DNA of 11,880 bases, from assembly GCA_019358915.1 (NCBI GenBank), contig JAHHIM010000069.1, forward strand, positions 1 to 11,880, given 5' to 3'. Origin of the DNA: Trichormus sp. ATA11-4-KO1. Lineage in GTDB: Bacteria > Cyanobacteriota > Cyanobacteriia > Cyanobacteriales > Nostocaceae. This document shows, one piece after another, positions 1-7,896 of the stretch. Each line of letters starts with the position of its first letter. The stretch's first letter is position 1. The position numbers and the translations under genes are program-made. The notes beneath the pieces were generated by a model that had not been told where the DNA came from, did no database searches, and saw only the letters and a program-made list of their open reading frames with translations.

Positions 1-124
1 GTCCATTTTCTTCTTCCAAATGGACAATGGCTTTATTCTTTTCTTAACGAAGTTATAAGTATTTCAGTCTGCAACCTGTCCATTTTCTTCTTCCAAACCT
101 GTCCAAAATCTTCTTCAAGTCACA
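1..124 (-). mobile_element. End of a Tn7/Mu/IS21-like DDE transposon; the element body lies left of the window
   Basis: The minus strand from 124 reads TGTGACTTGAAGAAGATTTTGGACAGGTTTGGAAGAAGAAAATGGACAGG. There are three copies of TGTCCAwwwTCTTCTTCmAA (1-20, 77-97, 100-118); 1-20 is identical to 78-97 and the two terminal copies are 23 bp apart. The TGT terminus falls at the point where ORF 120-461 stops abruptly. Confidence 0.65.
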
Positions 125-461
125 CTATTAAATAATTCACATGGCGGTGAGTATATCCAAACCTATCCCGGCAATACTCCTCAAATGTGCGATGTGTGGA
201 ACGGTACAGTCTGCGATCGCGTAACTCAGATAGCGCTTTCCCCGCTTCATAGAACGCCTTCTCTACTTTTCGTTCCAGGTGCAAGCGATCACCCTGCTCT
301 TGCTCGGTTAGTTCTGGAACTTCAACAGCAGACACATCAATGGTTACTGAGGCTGGATCTTCTTGAAGGGAGATATCCTCATTTGTGGAGTTAGCTGCTA
401 AAGTTGAATTGGTAGATGCGGCAGAGGCGGATTTATTGCGCTTGTGGGGTTGTTTGTTCAT
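120..461 (-). pseudogene. N-terminal part of a conserved cyanobacterial plasmid-type hypothetical protein, truncated by the transposon end
   Basis: Motif LERKVEKAFYEAGKALSELRDRRLYRSTHRTFEEYCRDRFG resembles a common cyanobacterial plasmid family whose members I recall being longer. GAGGTGG RBS lies upstream of the ATG. The stop TGA (122-120) is supplied by the transposon end. Confidence 0.65.
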
Positions 462-554
462 ACGTCCACCTCTTTTGGTTCAGTGGCGTTTACTCAGAGT
501 AGGCTGCAAAGGTATGCGGAAACTGTAGGTAGTTGCAATCGCATAACAAGAAAG

Positions 555-827
555 ATGAATAGAAAAAGCAAAGCTTTATACCTAAGACTACCTACTCAAA
601 CAGTTGTACATCAAACAATGCTTGGTAATATCCCAGGCCGTAAAATTGAAAACGACTGGAGATTTTTGAAAGTGGCTATTGACGACTGGCTACGTTCAAA
701 AAGTGGTCGGGCTGTTCTACTTCAACAAGCAGGCGCTTTAATAGATGATCATACTCTCTCAGATTTGAGAGCAAAAATTTACCAGGATAGGGAGCGTTCT
801 GAAGTCGATGGGGAGTCTGTCGATTAA
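555..827 (+). CDS. Excisionase-like HTH (HTH_17-type) protein, putative antitoxin; possibly 5'-truncated
   Basis: YLRLPTQTV...GNIPGRKIENDWRFLKVAIDDWL fits the wing/HTH_17 pattern. The stop overlaps the PIN start (TAATG at 825-829). The usual first helix (LTxEEAA) is missing. ATG 555 is preferred over 444, which overlaps the opposite gene. Confidence 0.65.
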   Translation: MNRKSKALYLRLPTQTVVHQTMLGNIPGRKIENDWRFLKVAIDDWLRSKSGRAVLLQQAGALIDDHTLSDLRAKIYQDRERSEVDGESVD

Positions 828-1105
828 TGTATTTGCTTGATACCGACACCCTCACTCATCTTTATGCTGGACAGCCAAATGTAATTGAGCGATTAAGGTC
901 TGTAGATGATCCAGACGTTGGTATTACCATTATTACGAAAGGTGAAGTTTTACGTGGACGGATTGACTACCTTCTCAAAGCTCAGACGGGTGCAGATTTA
1001 CTTAAAGCACAGTCGCTTTTGTTTCGTAGCGAAGAACTGCTCAATCAACTTTTAATCGTCCCAGTTAGTCAGGCAGCATCCGAACAGTTTGAACGACTGC
1101 GTATC
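827..1105 (+). pseudogene. VapC-like PIN-domain toxin, 3'-truncated (the ORF reads through foreign AT-rich and IS DNA to 1276)
   Basis: MYLLDTDTL (first PIN Asp) and ITIITKGEVLRG (conserved Glu) are present. After FERLR the sequence becomes unrelated, and the C-terminal D-x-x-I-A and T-x-N/D motifs are absent. Confidence 0.8.
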
Positions 1106-1163
1106 ATCATTATTTTCAGTGATTTTATGATTAGTTATCCAATTATTTTGGTAGATAATTTCC

Positions 1164-1468
1164 GGTTCTACCGATCCCCTTATGAAAAAAAAGATATTTT
1201 AACTGAAAAAAATGGCTATAAATTAACAAAAATATATAGCCATAACACAAGCATGATAAAGGTTTATGGGTTTTAAAATATACTAAACTTGTGAGAGAAT
1301 ACAAGTAAATTAGCCAGAAATTAAATTTTAGGTACTAGCTATGAAGTTCTCCGTAGAGCAAATTCTGAAGATTAGGATATGGTTTCCGCAATTTTGCAAA
1401 TTTTAGATTACGCTGCTTATTATCTTGGCACTTTAGTATTAAATCTCCATAAGGGGATCGGTAGAACC
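1164..1468 (+). mobile_element. 305-bp internally deleted mini-ISL3 (MITE-like)
   Basis: Perfect 21-bp terminal IRs GGTTCTACCGATCCCCTTATG (1164-1184, and reverse complement at 1448-1468). It holds the 5' UTR and the first 9 codons (MKFSVEQIL, ATG 1341) of the ISL3 transposase, joined to ~100 bp of presumed right end. Confidence 0.85.
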
Positions 1469-1939
1469 AGATATTTCATCTATACCTAGACGTTTTATTT
1501 CACTTAAGTCAATTCTTATCTCTGATTCTAAATAATCTAGCATTGATTGAATTTCTGATTCACTTAAATCATTTTTCTCTGCCACACTACGAATATTACT
1601 GTCTAACACTTGTTTCACTATTTCTGCCGCAAATCTTTTAGTATATCCTCGTTGTTTATCGACAAAATCTAAATTCTCACTAAATAGTTTTTGACAATTT
1701 TTACATCTAAATTGACGACGGTCAATTCTTAATATTACTTGCTGATTACTCCAAGGCAAGTCCTTAATATTACGCCAATGATGTTGATGTATACTATGAC
1801 TAGTTTTACCACATCTTGGACATTTAGAAGATTTGGATTCAGCTTGTATTTCTATGATTAATCCTAAGCCTTCAATCTCTTGGCAATTTAATACTTTTAC
1901 CCCTGGTAAATTCAGAATTTGCTCTACGGAGAACTTCAT
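1439..1939 (-). pseudogene. ISL3 transposase N-terminal fragment (zinc finger, HTH, first catalytic Asp)
   Basis: CPRCG...H...RQFRCKNC zinc finger, then YTKRF, then LGIDEIS. The last residues GSTDPLMEI are translated IR and element sequence. Confidence 0.9.
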
Positions 1940-2116
1940 AGCTAGTACCTAAAATTTAATTTCTGGCTAATTTACTTGTATTCTCTCACAAGTTTAGTAT
2001 ATTTTAAAACCCATAAACCTTTATCATGCTTGTGTTATGGCTATATATTTTTGTTAATTTATAGCCATTTTTTTCAGTTAAAATATCTTTTTTTTCATAA
2101 GGGGATCGGTAGAACC
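1469..2116 (-). mobile_element. Truncated ISL3-family IS (left end plus transposase 5' portion)
   Basis: IRL at 2096-2116. Bases 1911-2116 are the reverse complement of 1164-1369. The element is cut at 1469 by the IRR of the mini-element. Confidence 0.9.
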
Positions 2117-2385
2117 GAATCTCCTCACTGTCCGATAACTACCCCCCATGCCTGCCCAACGGGATATTCCCAACATCGTTACTCGTCCGTTCATCGCTAA
2201 CATGGCCACGATAATCTGGCTCAACTGTCGCATCGTCGTCACTTTTATTTCTGGTAGTAGGCATTGCAACAGTGTTAGGATGTCGAACATGGGCTGTTTG
2301 TGGCTTTCGAGTTGTTGTTTTGGAAGACTATAACTCTACTACATCAGCCCTCTCTCTTCATACTCTTTTTTTGGCTAAGGTATTG
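2117..2385 (-). mobile_element. Left end and first ~58 codons of an IS4/IS701-like DDE transposase element, cut by ISL3
   Basis: The minus strand from 2385 begins CAATACCTTAGCCAAAA, an IS-type IR. The ORF from 2290, MFDILTLLQCLLP...GRVTMLGISRW...GGSYRTVRRF, resembles the N-terminus of Nostoc IS4-like transposases and runs into the ISL3 IR at 2116. Confidence 0.7.
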
Positions 2386-2634
2386 AGTTAATTAGAAACA
2401 ATTCTTGAGGTGGGTGTCCCTGTTCTTAATGCCGCCACTAAATCTTCTGCTTCCCGAAGATGTCAACTGTACGGCTAATGATGCGGAACTGCCAGTATTG
2501 TCCGTGGGTATGAAGATTATTAGGATGTTGTCGTTGATACATATAACTTCATCAATTTTGATTGATGATATTTGGTAGCATTCTATGGCCACAATTGGCA
2601 CAGACTTAGGCAGTTCAGTCAAAAGTACACGACT

Positions 2635-4227
2635 ATGGATACAAGACCTTACGAGCTATATATTTCACTAGACCATTTTAAAAGTCTTTGGCAGTGTGAA
2701 ACTAATTGGCAGAATGAACTATCGTTACGAGCCACACTTGTGGCGCTTGAACTTTCTTTTTTACTAATCCATGAAACTGCTCAAGATACACGTTCAACAG
2801 TTCGTAAGAAAGAAAGAATTAGTAGATTATTTTCTGGCTGTTGTCAGCAAATAGAGTTGCTGGCAGAGGTATTTGATAGCAAAGTACCTTCTATAAATAT
2901 TTGGTCTAATGAGCAATCAACTAAAACCAATTTTAAAATACTCATTGATTTAGATGAAACAATATTCAAAAAGCTTAAACAATGGAGTTGTTTTTATACA
3001 AGCATTTTAGAAGAGCTTTCATTTAACTTGGGAATTGAACATTACATTAATCAGTTTCAATTTCCAAATATTCTTTATAAAGAAAAACCGATTATCCCTT
3101 ATGATAAATGGATTAAGCCTGATACTATCGCTACTATTTTTCACACCAGAAGTTTTAACCAAGAAGATAAATTATTTGCCACAGTACATCAAGTTACAGA
3201 GTGTTGGTTATGTGTTGCATTGAATTTACTAAAAAGCAGCCAATTGGCAACGCAAGAAGGTAATTTGCACATAGCAACTAATAAGATAAGTAAAGTCTGT
3301 TCTATCATAGATTATCTTGCACAACACATTTTAATTCTAGAAACAATGGTTCTGGCAGACTACCATCCATTACGTGTCAATTTAAGGGATGCCAGTGGTG
3401 CCCAATCAAAGCAGACATTCGATATAGTCAATTTAGCCAAAGCTTTGTTTTTACCTATCACACAGTATTTAAAAGAACATAATTGTTCTTTGATTGATAT
3501 ATATGATACTCCAAATAAGCACATTGATTTATACCAGTACATTGAAGTATTATCATCTTTAGAAACAAGATTAGCTAACTTCTTTTTTTGTCATTATAAA
3601 TTAGCCACACGAATACTTGGTTCAGAAAGCTTAGGCTCACTTGGATTTGAGGTACAGGCTTTGATTAAACGTTTTGTAGAACCAATATATCCAGATTTAG
3701 ATAAAGTTCGTTATCAATATGTTGTTATTACTAATTTCAGGTATGGGCAATACGCAGGTAACTTAATCACTTCTTTAGAAACTATAGACTTAGTTAAAAC
3801 AATTGATGAAGTAGTTAAAGTTGCGGGTTACGTAATTGAGGACACAATCAATAAATACATTAAATCAATTCGTGAACATGATATTGACAGGTGGCTTAGT
3901 CTCTTTGAATTAGATGGTTCTATTGAAGATCCATCTGGTAGTAGAGCATTTAAAGGTCTAAGTGGATTAAAAGTGTATTTTCGAGGTTTTATTAAAATTT
4001 TTGCTTCAGATATTGAAATTAAAAGTAACAACATTTTAATACTCCCAAAGCAAGGAAAAGCCGAATTTAATTGGGAAATTTATACAACACATAAGAATGT
4101 ATCAATTAATTTTTCCGGTTTAGATAAAATTCAATTTTCACAAAACGGAAAGATTAAGAGTATGCAGGTTTTTTATGATCCTAATGTAATATCCCAACAG
4201 TTACTAGCTGCTTTTAGAGAACAATAA
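2635..4227 (+). CDS. Tryptophan 2,3-dioxygenase-like heme protein with an N-terminal degenerate TDO-like repeat and a C-terminal SnoaL/NTF2-like domain (~530 aa; alternative TTG start at 2572)
   Basis: TDO motifs occur in the correct order: DKLFATVHQVTECW (His 3187-3189), LETMVLADYHPLRVNLRDASGAQSKQ (3337-3414), FFFCHYKLATRILG (His 3592-3594), PIYPDLDKVR. The region ~3830-4200, INKYIKSIREHDIDRWLSLFELDGSIEDPSGSRAFKGLSGLKVYF...FSQNGKIKSMQVFYD, fits the SnoaL-like pattern. Confidence 0.8.
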   Translation: MDTRPYELYISLDHFKSLWQCETNWQNELSLRATLVALELSFLLIHETAQDTRSTVRKKERISRLFSGCCQQIELLAEVFDSKVPSINIWSNEQSTKTNFKILIDLDETIFKKLKQWSCFYTSILEELSFNLGIEHYINQFQFPNILYKEKPIIPYDKWIKPDTIATIFHTRSFNQEDKLFATVHQVTECWLCVALNLLKSSQLATQEGNLHIATNKISKVCSIIDYLAQHILILETMVLADYHPLRVNLRDASGAQSKQTFDIVNLAKALFLPITQYLKEHNCSLIDIYDTPNKHIDLYQYIEVLSSLETRLANFFFCHYKLATRILGSESLGSLGFEVQALIKRFVEPIYPDLDKVRYQYVVITNFRYGQYAGNLITSLETIDLVKTIDEVVKVAGYVIEDTINKYIKSIREHDIDRWLSLFELDGSIEDPSGSRAFKGLSGLKVYFRGFIKIFASDIEIKSNNILILPKQGKAEFNWEIYTTHKNVSINFSGLDKIQFSQNGKIKSMQVFYDPNVISQQLLAAFREQ

Positions 4228-4301
4228 TATATTGCCTTGATTGCGGAAATCTGTTTTATATTGCCATGAACAACCATGAAGCTAATTTTGATTGACATGA
4301 T

Positions 4302-4329
4302 GTGGCCGACAAGGCGGCCACCCTTTTAG
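4302..4329 (+). terminator. GC-rich hairpin between the convergent genes; possible intrinsic terminator or REP-like element
   Basis: GTGGCCG-ACAAGG-CGGCCAC forms a perfect 7-bp stem, followed by CCTTTTAG. Confidence 0.45.
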
Positions 4330-4390
4330 CGACTAACTTGGCAATATTATCGATAAAGTCACAAAATCACCATTAAATATCTAGACACTT

Positions 4391-6145
4391 TTAGAAAAGA
4401 TTACATAGGAGATTTGAGCGAACTTTTTGATGGATAGGAATATTAATGATGAACTCTGTTCCTTTTTTAGATGAAATACATTCCAATGAACCACCATGTT
4501 TTTGAGTAATAATTTCGTAACTAATTGCTAAACCTAAACCAGTTCCTTTACCTATAGGTTTAGTAGTGAAGAAAGGCTCAAATAGCCGCTTTTGCACTTC
4601 AGGGGGTATTCCTTTACCACTATCAATAATTTGTACAATCAATTGCCCCATCTGGGATATTTCAGTGCGGATAAAGATACTACTAGGAGATTGTTTTATT
4701 TCCTGAATACTTCGCCCTATCTCTCCTTCTTCTATTGCATCTATCGCATTACTTAAAAGGTTCATAAATACCTGATTTAGTTGTCCAGCATAACACTCTA
4801 TTAATGGGAGATTGCCATATTCTTTAATAATTTTTATTTCAGGATGATCTGGTTTAGCTTTAAGACGATTTTGCAAAATCATCAGGGTACTTTCAATTCC
4901 TTCATGAATATCAACTGCTTTATATTCCGCCTCATCCATGCGTGAGAAAATTCGCAAAGAAGTTACAATCTGCCTAATACGCTCTGCCCCAATTTTTATT
5001 GATGAGAGTAGTTTTGGTAAATCTTCTATAAGAAAATCAAGGTCTATGGCTTCAGCTTGTTCTTGAATTTCAGGTATAGGATGAAGATAATTTTTTTGAT
5101 AAAGATTGAGCAAGCTAAGTAGTTCTTGTATATAGTCGTGAGCGTGCGTTAAATTACCATAGATAAAATTAACTGGATTATTGATTTCATGAGCAATTCC
5201 TGCGACCAGTTGACCAAGAGACGACATTTTTTCACTCTGAATTAGTTGCGACTGAGTAGACTGTAATTCTTTTAATGTTTTCTCTAATGCCTGAGCTTGT
5301 TGCCGTAGTTGTGCCTCTGATTTTTGTAAAGCTACCTCAGCTTGTTTACGCTCGGTAATATCACGCACAAGTGCCAGTCCATGTGGCATACCATTATATG
5401 TACAACGCGTTCCTGTTACCTCAACATCAATTAACTTTCCATCCTTGCAGATGTTAACTGCCTGGCAATAAAAGTATCCTGTTGTCTTCAGAGTTTCGAT
5501 GTACTTTTCAAACAAATGTAGAGATTTTGGATGGATATAAGCAGTTGGAGAAAGCTCCTTTAATTCCTCCAAAGAATACCCCAACATCCGACAAGTTGCT
5601 GGATTTACTTCAACCAGTTTTCCTGTTTCTAAATCATCAATAAAAATCCCATCATTTACTGCTTCAAAAATACTGTGGTATTGAGCCTGTTGTTGATGCA
5701 ACGTTTCTTCTATTTGTTTTTGTTCTGTGATATCACTACAAACAATTAGCCCTCCTCTCAAATTCCCCTCTGCATCTTTAATTGGACTCCCATTAATCTT
5801 TAACCATACGCATTCTGGTGCTTGAACATTACAAACAAATATTTTCATATCTTTGCAAGTCTCACCCCGAATTGCCTTCGATAGAGGTAGTTCATTTGTA
5901 GCAAAAGGCGTTACCCGATCAGGCATAAGCCATGTATATTGTTGTGCCCATTCTTCCTGTCGGGTATTTATTGAACCATCACCAAACATTTGTACTGCCG
6001 CCGAATTAAATACCAGAATTTTTCCTTGCTCGTCGGCAACAATTACCCCATCATTCATGGAGTTTAAAATTAAATGCGAAAGGTCATCTTTTTGACCTAC
6101 ATTTGAAATTTGACTAGTACATTTATCTTGCTGCTGGGGCATCAT
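4391..6145 (-). CDS. Cytoplasmic PAS-PAS sensor histidine kinase (HisKA + HATPase_c)
   Basis: Two PAS domains end in SDITE and RDITE. A coiled coil follows, then H-box LGQLVAGIAHEINNP (His319, 5189-5191), N-box QVFMNLLSNAIDA, G1 DSGKGI, F-box LFEPFFTTK and G2 GTGLGL. No transmembrane segment or receiver domain is seen. Confidence 0.95.
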   Translation of the reverse strand: MMPQQQDKCTSQISNVGQKDDLSHLILNSMNDGVIVADEQGKILVFNSAAVQMFGDGSINTRQEEWAQQYTWLMPDRVTPFATNELPLSKAIRGETCKDMKIFVCNVQAPECVWLKINGSPIKDAEGNLRGGLIVCSDITEQKQIEETLHQQQAQYHSIFEAVNDGIFIDDLETGKLVEVNPATCRMLGYSLEELKELSPTAYIHPKSLHLFEKYIETLKTTGYFYCQAVNICKDGKLIDVEVTGTRCTYNGMPHGLALVRDITERKQAEVALQKSEAQLRQQAQALEKTLKELQSTQSQLIQSEKMSSLGQLVAGIAHEINNPVNFIYGNLTHAHDYIQELLSLLNLYQKNYLHPIPEIQEQAEAIDLDFLIEDLPKLLSSIKIGAERIRQIVTSLRIFSRMDEAEYKAVDIHEGIESTLMILQNRLKAKPDHPEIKIIKEYGNLPLIECYAGQLNQVFMNLLSNAIDAIEEGEIGRSIQEIKQSPSSIFIRTEISQMGQLIVQIIDSGKGIPPEVQKRLFEPFFTTKPIGKGTGLGLAISYEIITQKHGGSLECISSKKGTEFIINIPIHQKVRSNLLCNLF

Positions 6146-6371
6146 CTTACCTGATGGAATTATAAAGCCTTCAGTATTAAGATTCCCATGAACTACCCCT
6201 GACTAACTTTGTTTGAGCCAGAGGTTTGCTAAACCTTTGAAAAATCTCTGTAATGCTAGGACAACGGGTTACTCCACCTGAAATCAAAAATCACCGCATT
6301 ATTTTTGAGGGCTACTATCCAGGCGTTGATCGGTACACAGAAAGTTGGAAAACTTGCAAAAGATAAAACCT

Positions 6372-6790
6372 CTAAGAATTGCGTCTTTCCCAAGCTTCTA
6401 ATGGTTGACAGACATCACTTGCATTCAAGTCTACCTGAGATATATTCTCTAACCCTACTCTTCGCTCTTGAGCAGTAACACCAACTTGATAACTCACCCA
6501 AAGTTCTTTTTCAATATCTGAAAGTTTTTCAATCTTAAAATCCGTGGTTTTGGGAACGTTGTTATTATCCACAAGGAAACTGCTAATTTTGTAGAATTGT
6601 TCCTCTTGGGGATTGCCATTCGACAAACATCCTCTTGACTTTACGAAAACATGAGCTACTGTCGATGTTTCCACAAAAGAGATTTTTTCTTTAATTTGAA
6701 TATCTGTTGCTGGACCCCACAAATACATTGGTTTGCTGAATCCTACTGTTGGAGGTTCTTTGGTTTCGTCACACCCCTGATTAACCTTAT
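6372..6790 (-). pseudogene. C-terminal fragment of an unknown protein, 5' end removed at the IS701 boundary
   Basis: The frame of ORF 6372-6728 stays open upstream (KVNQGCDETKEPPTVGFSKP) right to the IS end at 6791. No family recognised. Confidence 0.45.
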
Positions 6791-7896
6791 CCCTCTTCTG
6801 TCACTTTCCGAAATAAGCAATTAGTAAAGAAGCTAAATCATCCAGAAGCATAACAGGGTTTAAATTGATTCATTGCGGCAATTAAATGATTAAATCCAAG
6901 TAACAAATGTGAATTAGGGAAAATACTAAACCAGGGATAAATTAACCAAAATAGTCAAAGTGGTTGGATAATGAGACGCAGATTATTTAAAGTATTTTTC
7001 CATCCGGATTCATGGTTCCATTGTGGATGATTAGAAAAATCCACATTACTATTTTCTTGTGCTTCAGTCTCAAATTGACGAGATTGATTGCAGCCTAAGA
7101 AGACTGAAGAATTTAAACTAATCATCGTATAAACGCTAAAAATAATCTCCCACCATCTCTCAATATGTTGGAAATTAGTGAACCGATAATCTGTCCATCC
7201 CAGTTCCTGCTTACACTGTCGAAAACCATATTCTACCCAGGTTCTTAATCCATACAGGTCACCCAAAGTCTTCTTCAGATTTCCTTGAAGATTTGTCATT
7301 ATGAAAGAAGTAGAATTCTCTGGCATGGTTTCTGGGTCAGTAGTTAGTTCCCAGTAAGTTATGGTTCTTTTTTCACCATAAATTATTTCTCGGATATATC
7401 TGGTCTCTGATTTTTGATTACTAAATTTCCCACACTTCCTAAATATTGTCTAGCTACATAATCAGTCTTTTTACCTTTTTTTCTATCTCCGGTTTCATCT
7501 ATTACTACTGTAATCGCCTGACCATTCAATGCTTGCTTGAGTTTATTTAATCTTCGTTGTTTCAATTCATCTACTGACCAATCTGAATTAGCTAGAAAAT
7601 GATGTAATGACTGGGCTGATTTTATACTTACAACCTTCGCTATCTCTGCTAATGACTTCCTTTTTATCGTTGATATGATTCCCAAGTGTAAATATTTAAA
7701 GCACTCATAATTTCTTACTTCCTTAAATAGGTCTTTATACTCTGCACAATATTCATCTATGATGGCAACTGTTGGGTGAGCATCTCTTGCTAAATGTTTG
7801 AGGATTTGTAACTCTACATCCATTGCCCTACTTACCTTTCAGGGTTTTATTTTTTTATTCTTTTATTCAGAATACCCGGAGAGTGACAGAAGAGGG
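6791..7896 (-). mobile_element. IS701-family element with an internal deletion (1106 bp)
   Basis: Terminal IRs CCCTCTTCTGTCACTTTCCG (6791-6810) and CGGAGAGTGACAGAAGAGGG (7877-7896) match at 19/20. The flanks are TTAT and TTAA. Confidence 0.9.
6838..7823 (-). pseudogene. IS701-family transposase pseudogene
   Basis: Motifs QSLHHFL, IDETGDRKKG, VARQYLG and LYGLRTWVEYGFRQCKQELGW. A frameshifting deletion at ~7425 fuses YLGSVG directly to FSNQKSETRYIREIIYG. After an in-frame TGA at 6955-6957 the frame continues (LFWLIYPW...CYASG*) to 6838. Confidence 0.9.

Noticed and set aside
1..118. Repeats as a CRISPR array
   Set aside because: Spacing is irregular (77 and 23 bp), there is no spacer between the last two copies, and they end in a TGT terminus. 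This fits a transposon end better.
185..394. 69-aa + strand ORF
   Set aside because: Antisense shadow of the conserved minus-strand gene.
444..554. N-terminal extension of the HTH ORF
   Set aside because: Overlaps the start and RBS of the divergent gene and shows no domain similarity.
1106..1276. C-terminal part of the 149-aa PIN ORF as a novel fused domain
   Set aside because: Read-through into AT-rich filler and the ISL3 IR and UTR.
1976..2333. ORFs 1976-2200 and 2148-2333
   Set aside because: Antisense to IS sequences; the first spans an IS junction.
2386..2634. ORF 2392-2622 (-), or a remnant upstream partner gene of the TDO-like gene
   Set aside because: All three + frames have stops and no motif is recognisable. 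A decayed gene cannot be excluded but is unsupported.
2635..4227. Assigning the symbol kynA
   Set aside because: Extra domains, altered GTGGS and SGFQS loops and the absence of kynurenine-pathway neighbours leave orthology unsupported.
4228..4347. TATATTGCC direct repeat (4228, 4257) and an inverted copy (4339-4347) as an operator or MITE
   Set aside because: Only 9 bp in AT-rich DNA between convergent 3' ends, with no target duplication.
3035..6095. Short ORFs 3035-3223, 3360-3542, 3828-4034 and 5853-6095
   Set aside because: Out-of-frame or antisense overlaps within well-supported genes.
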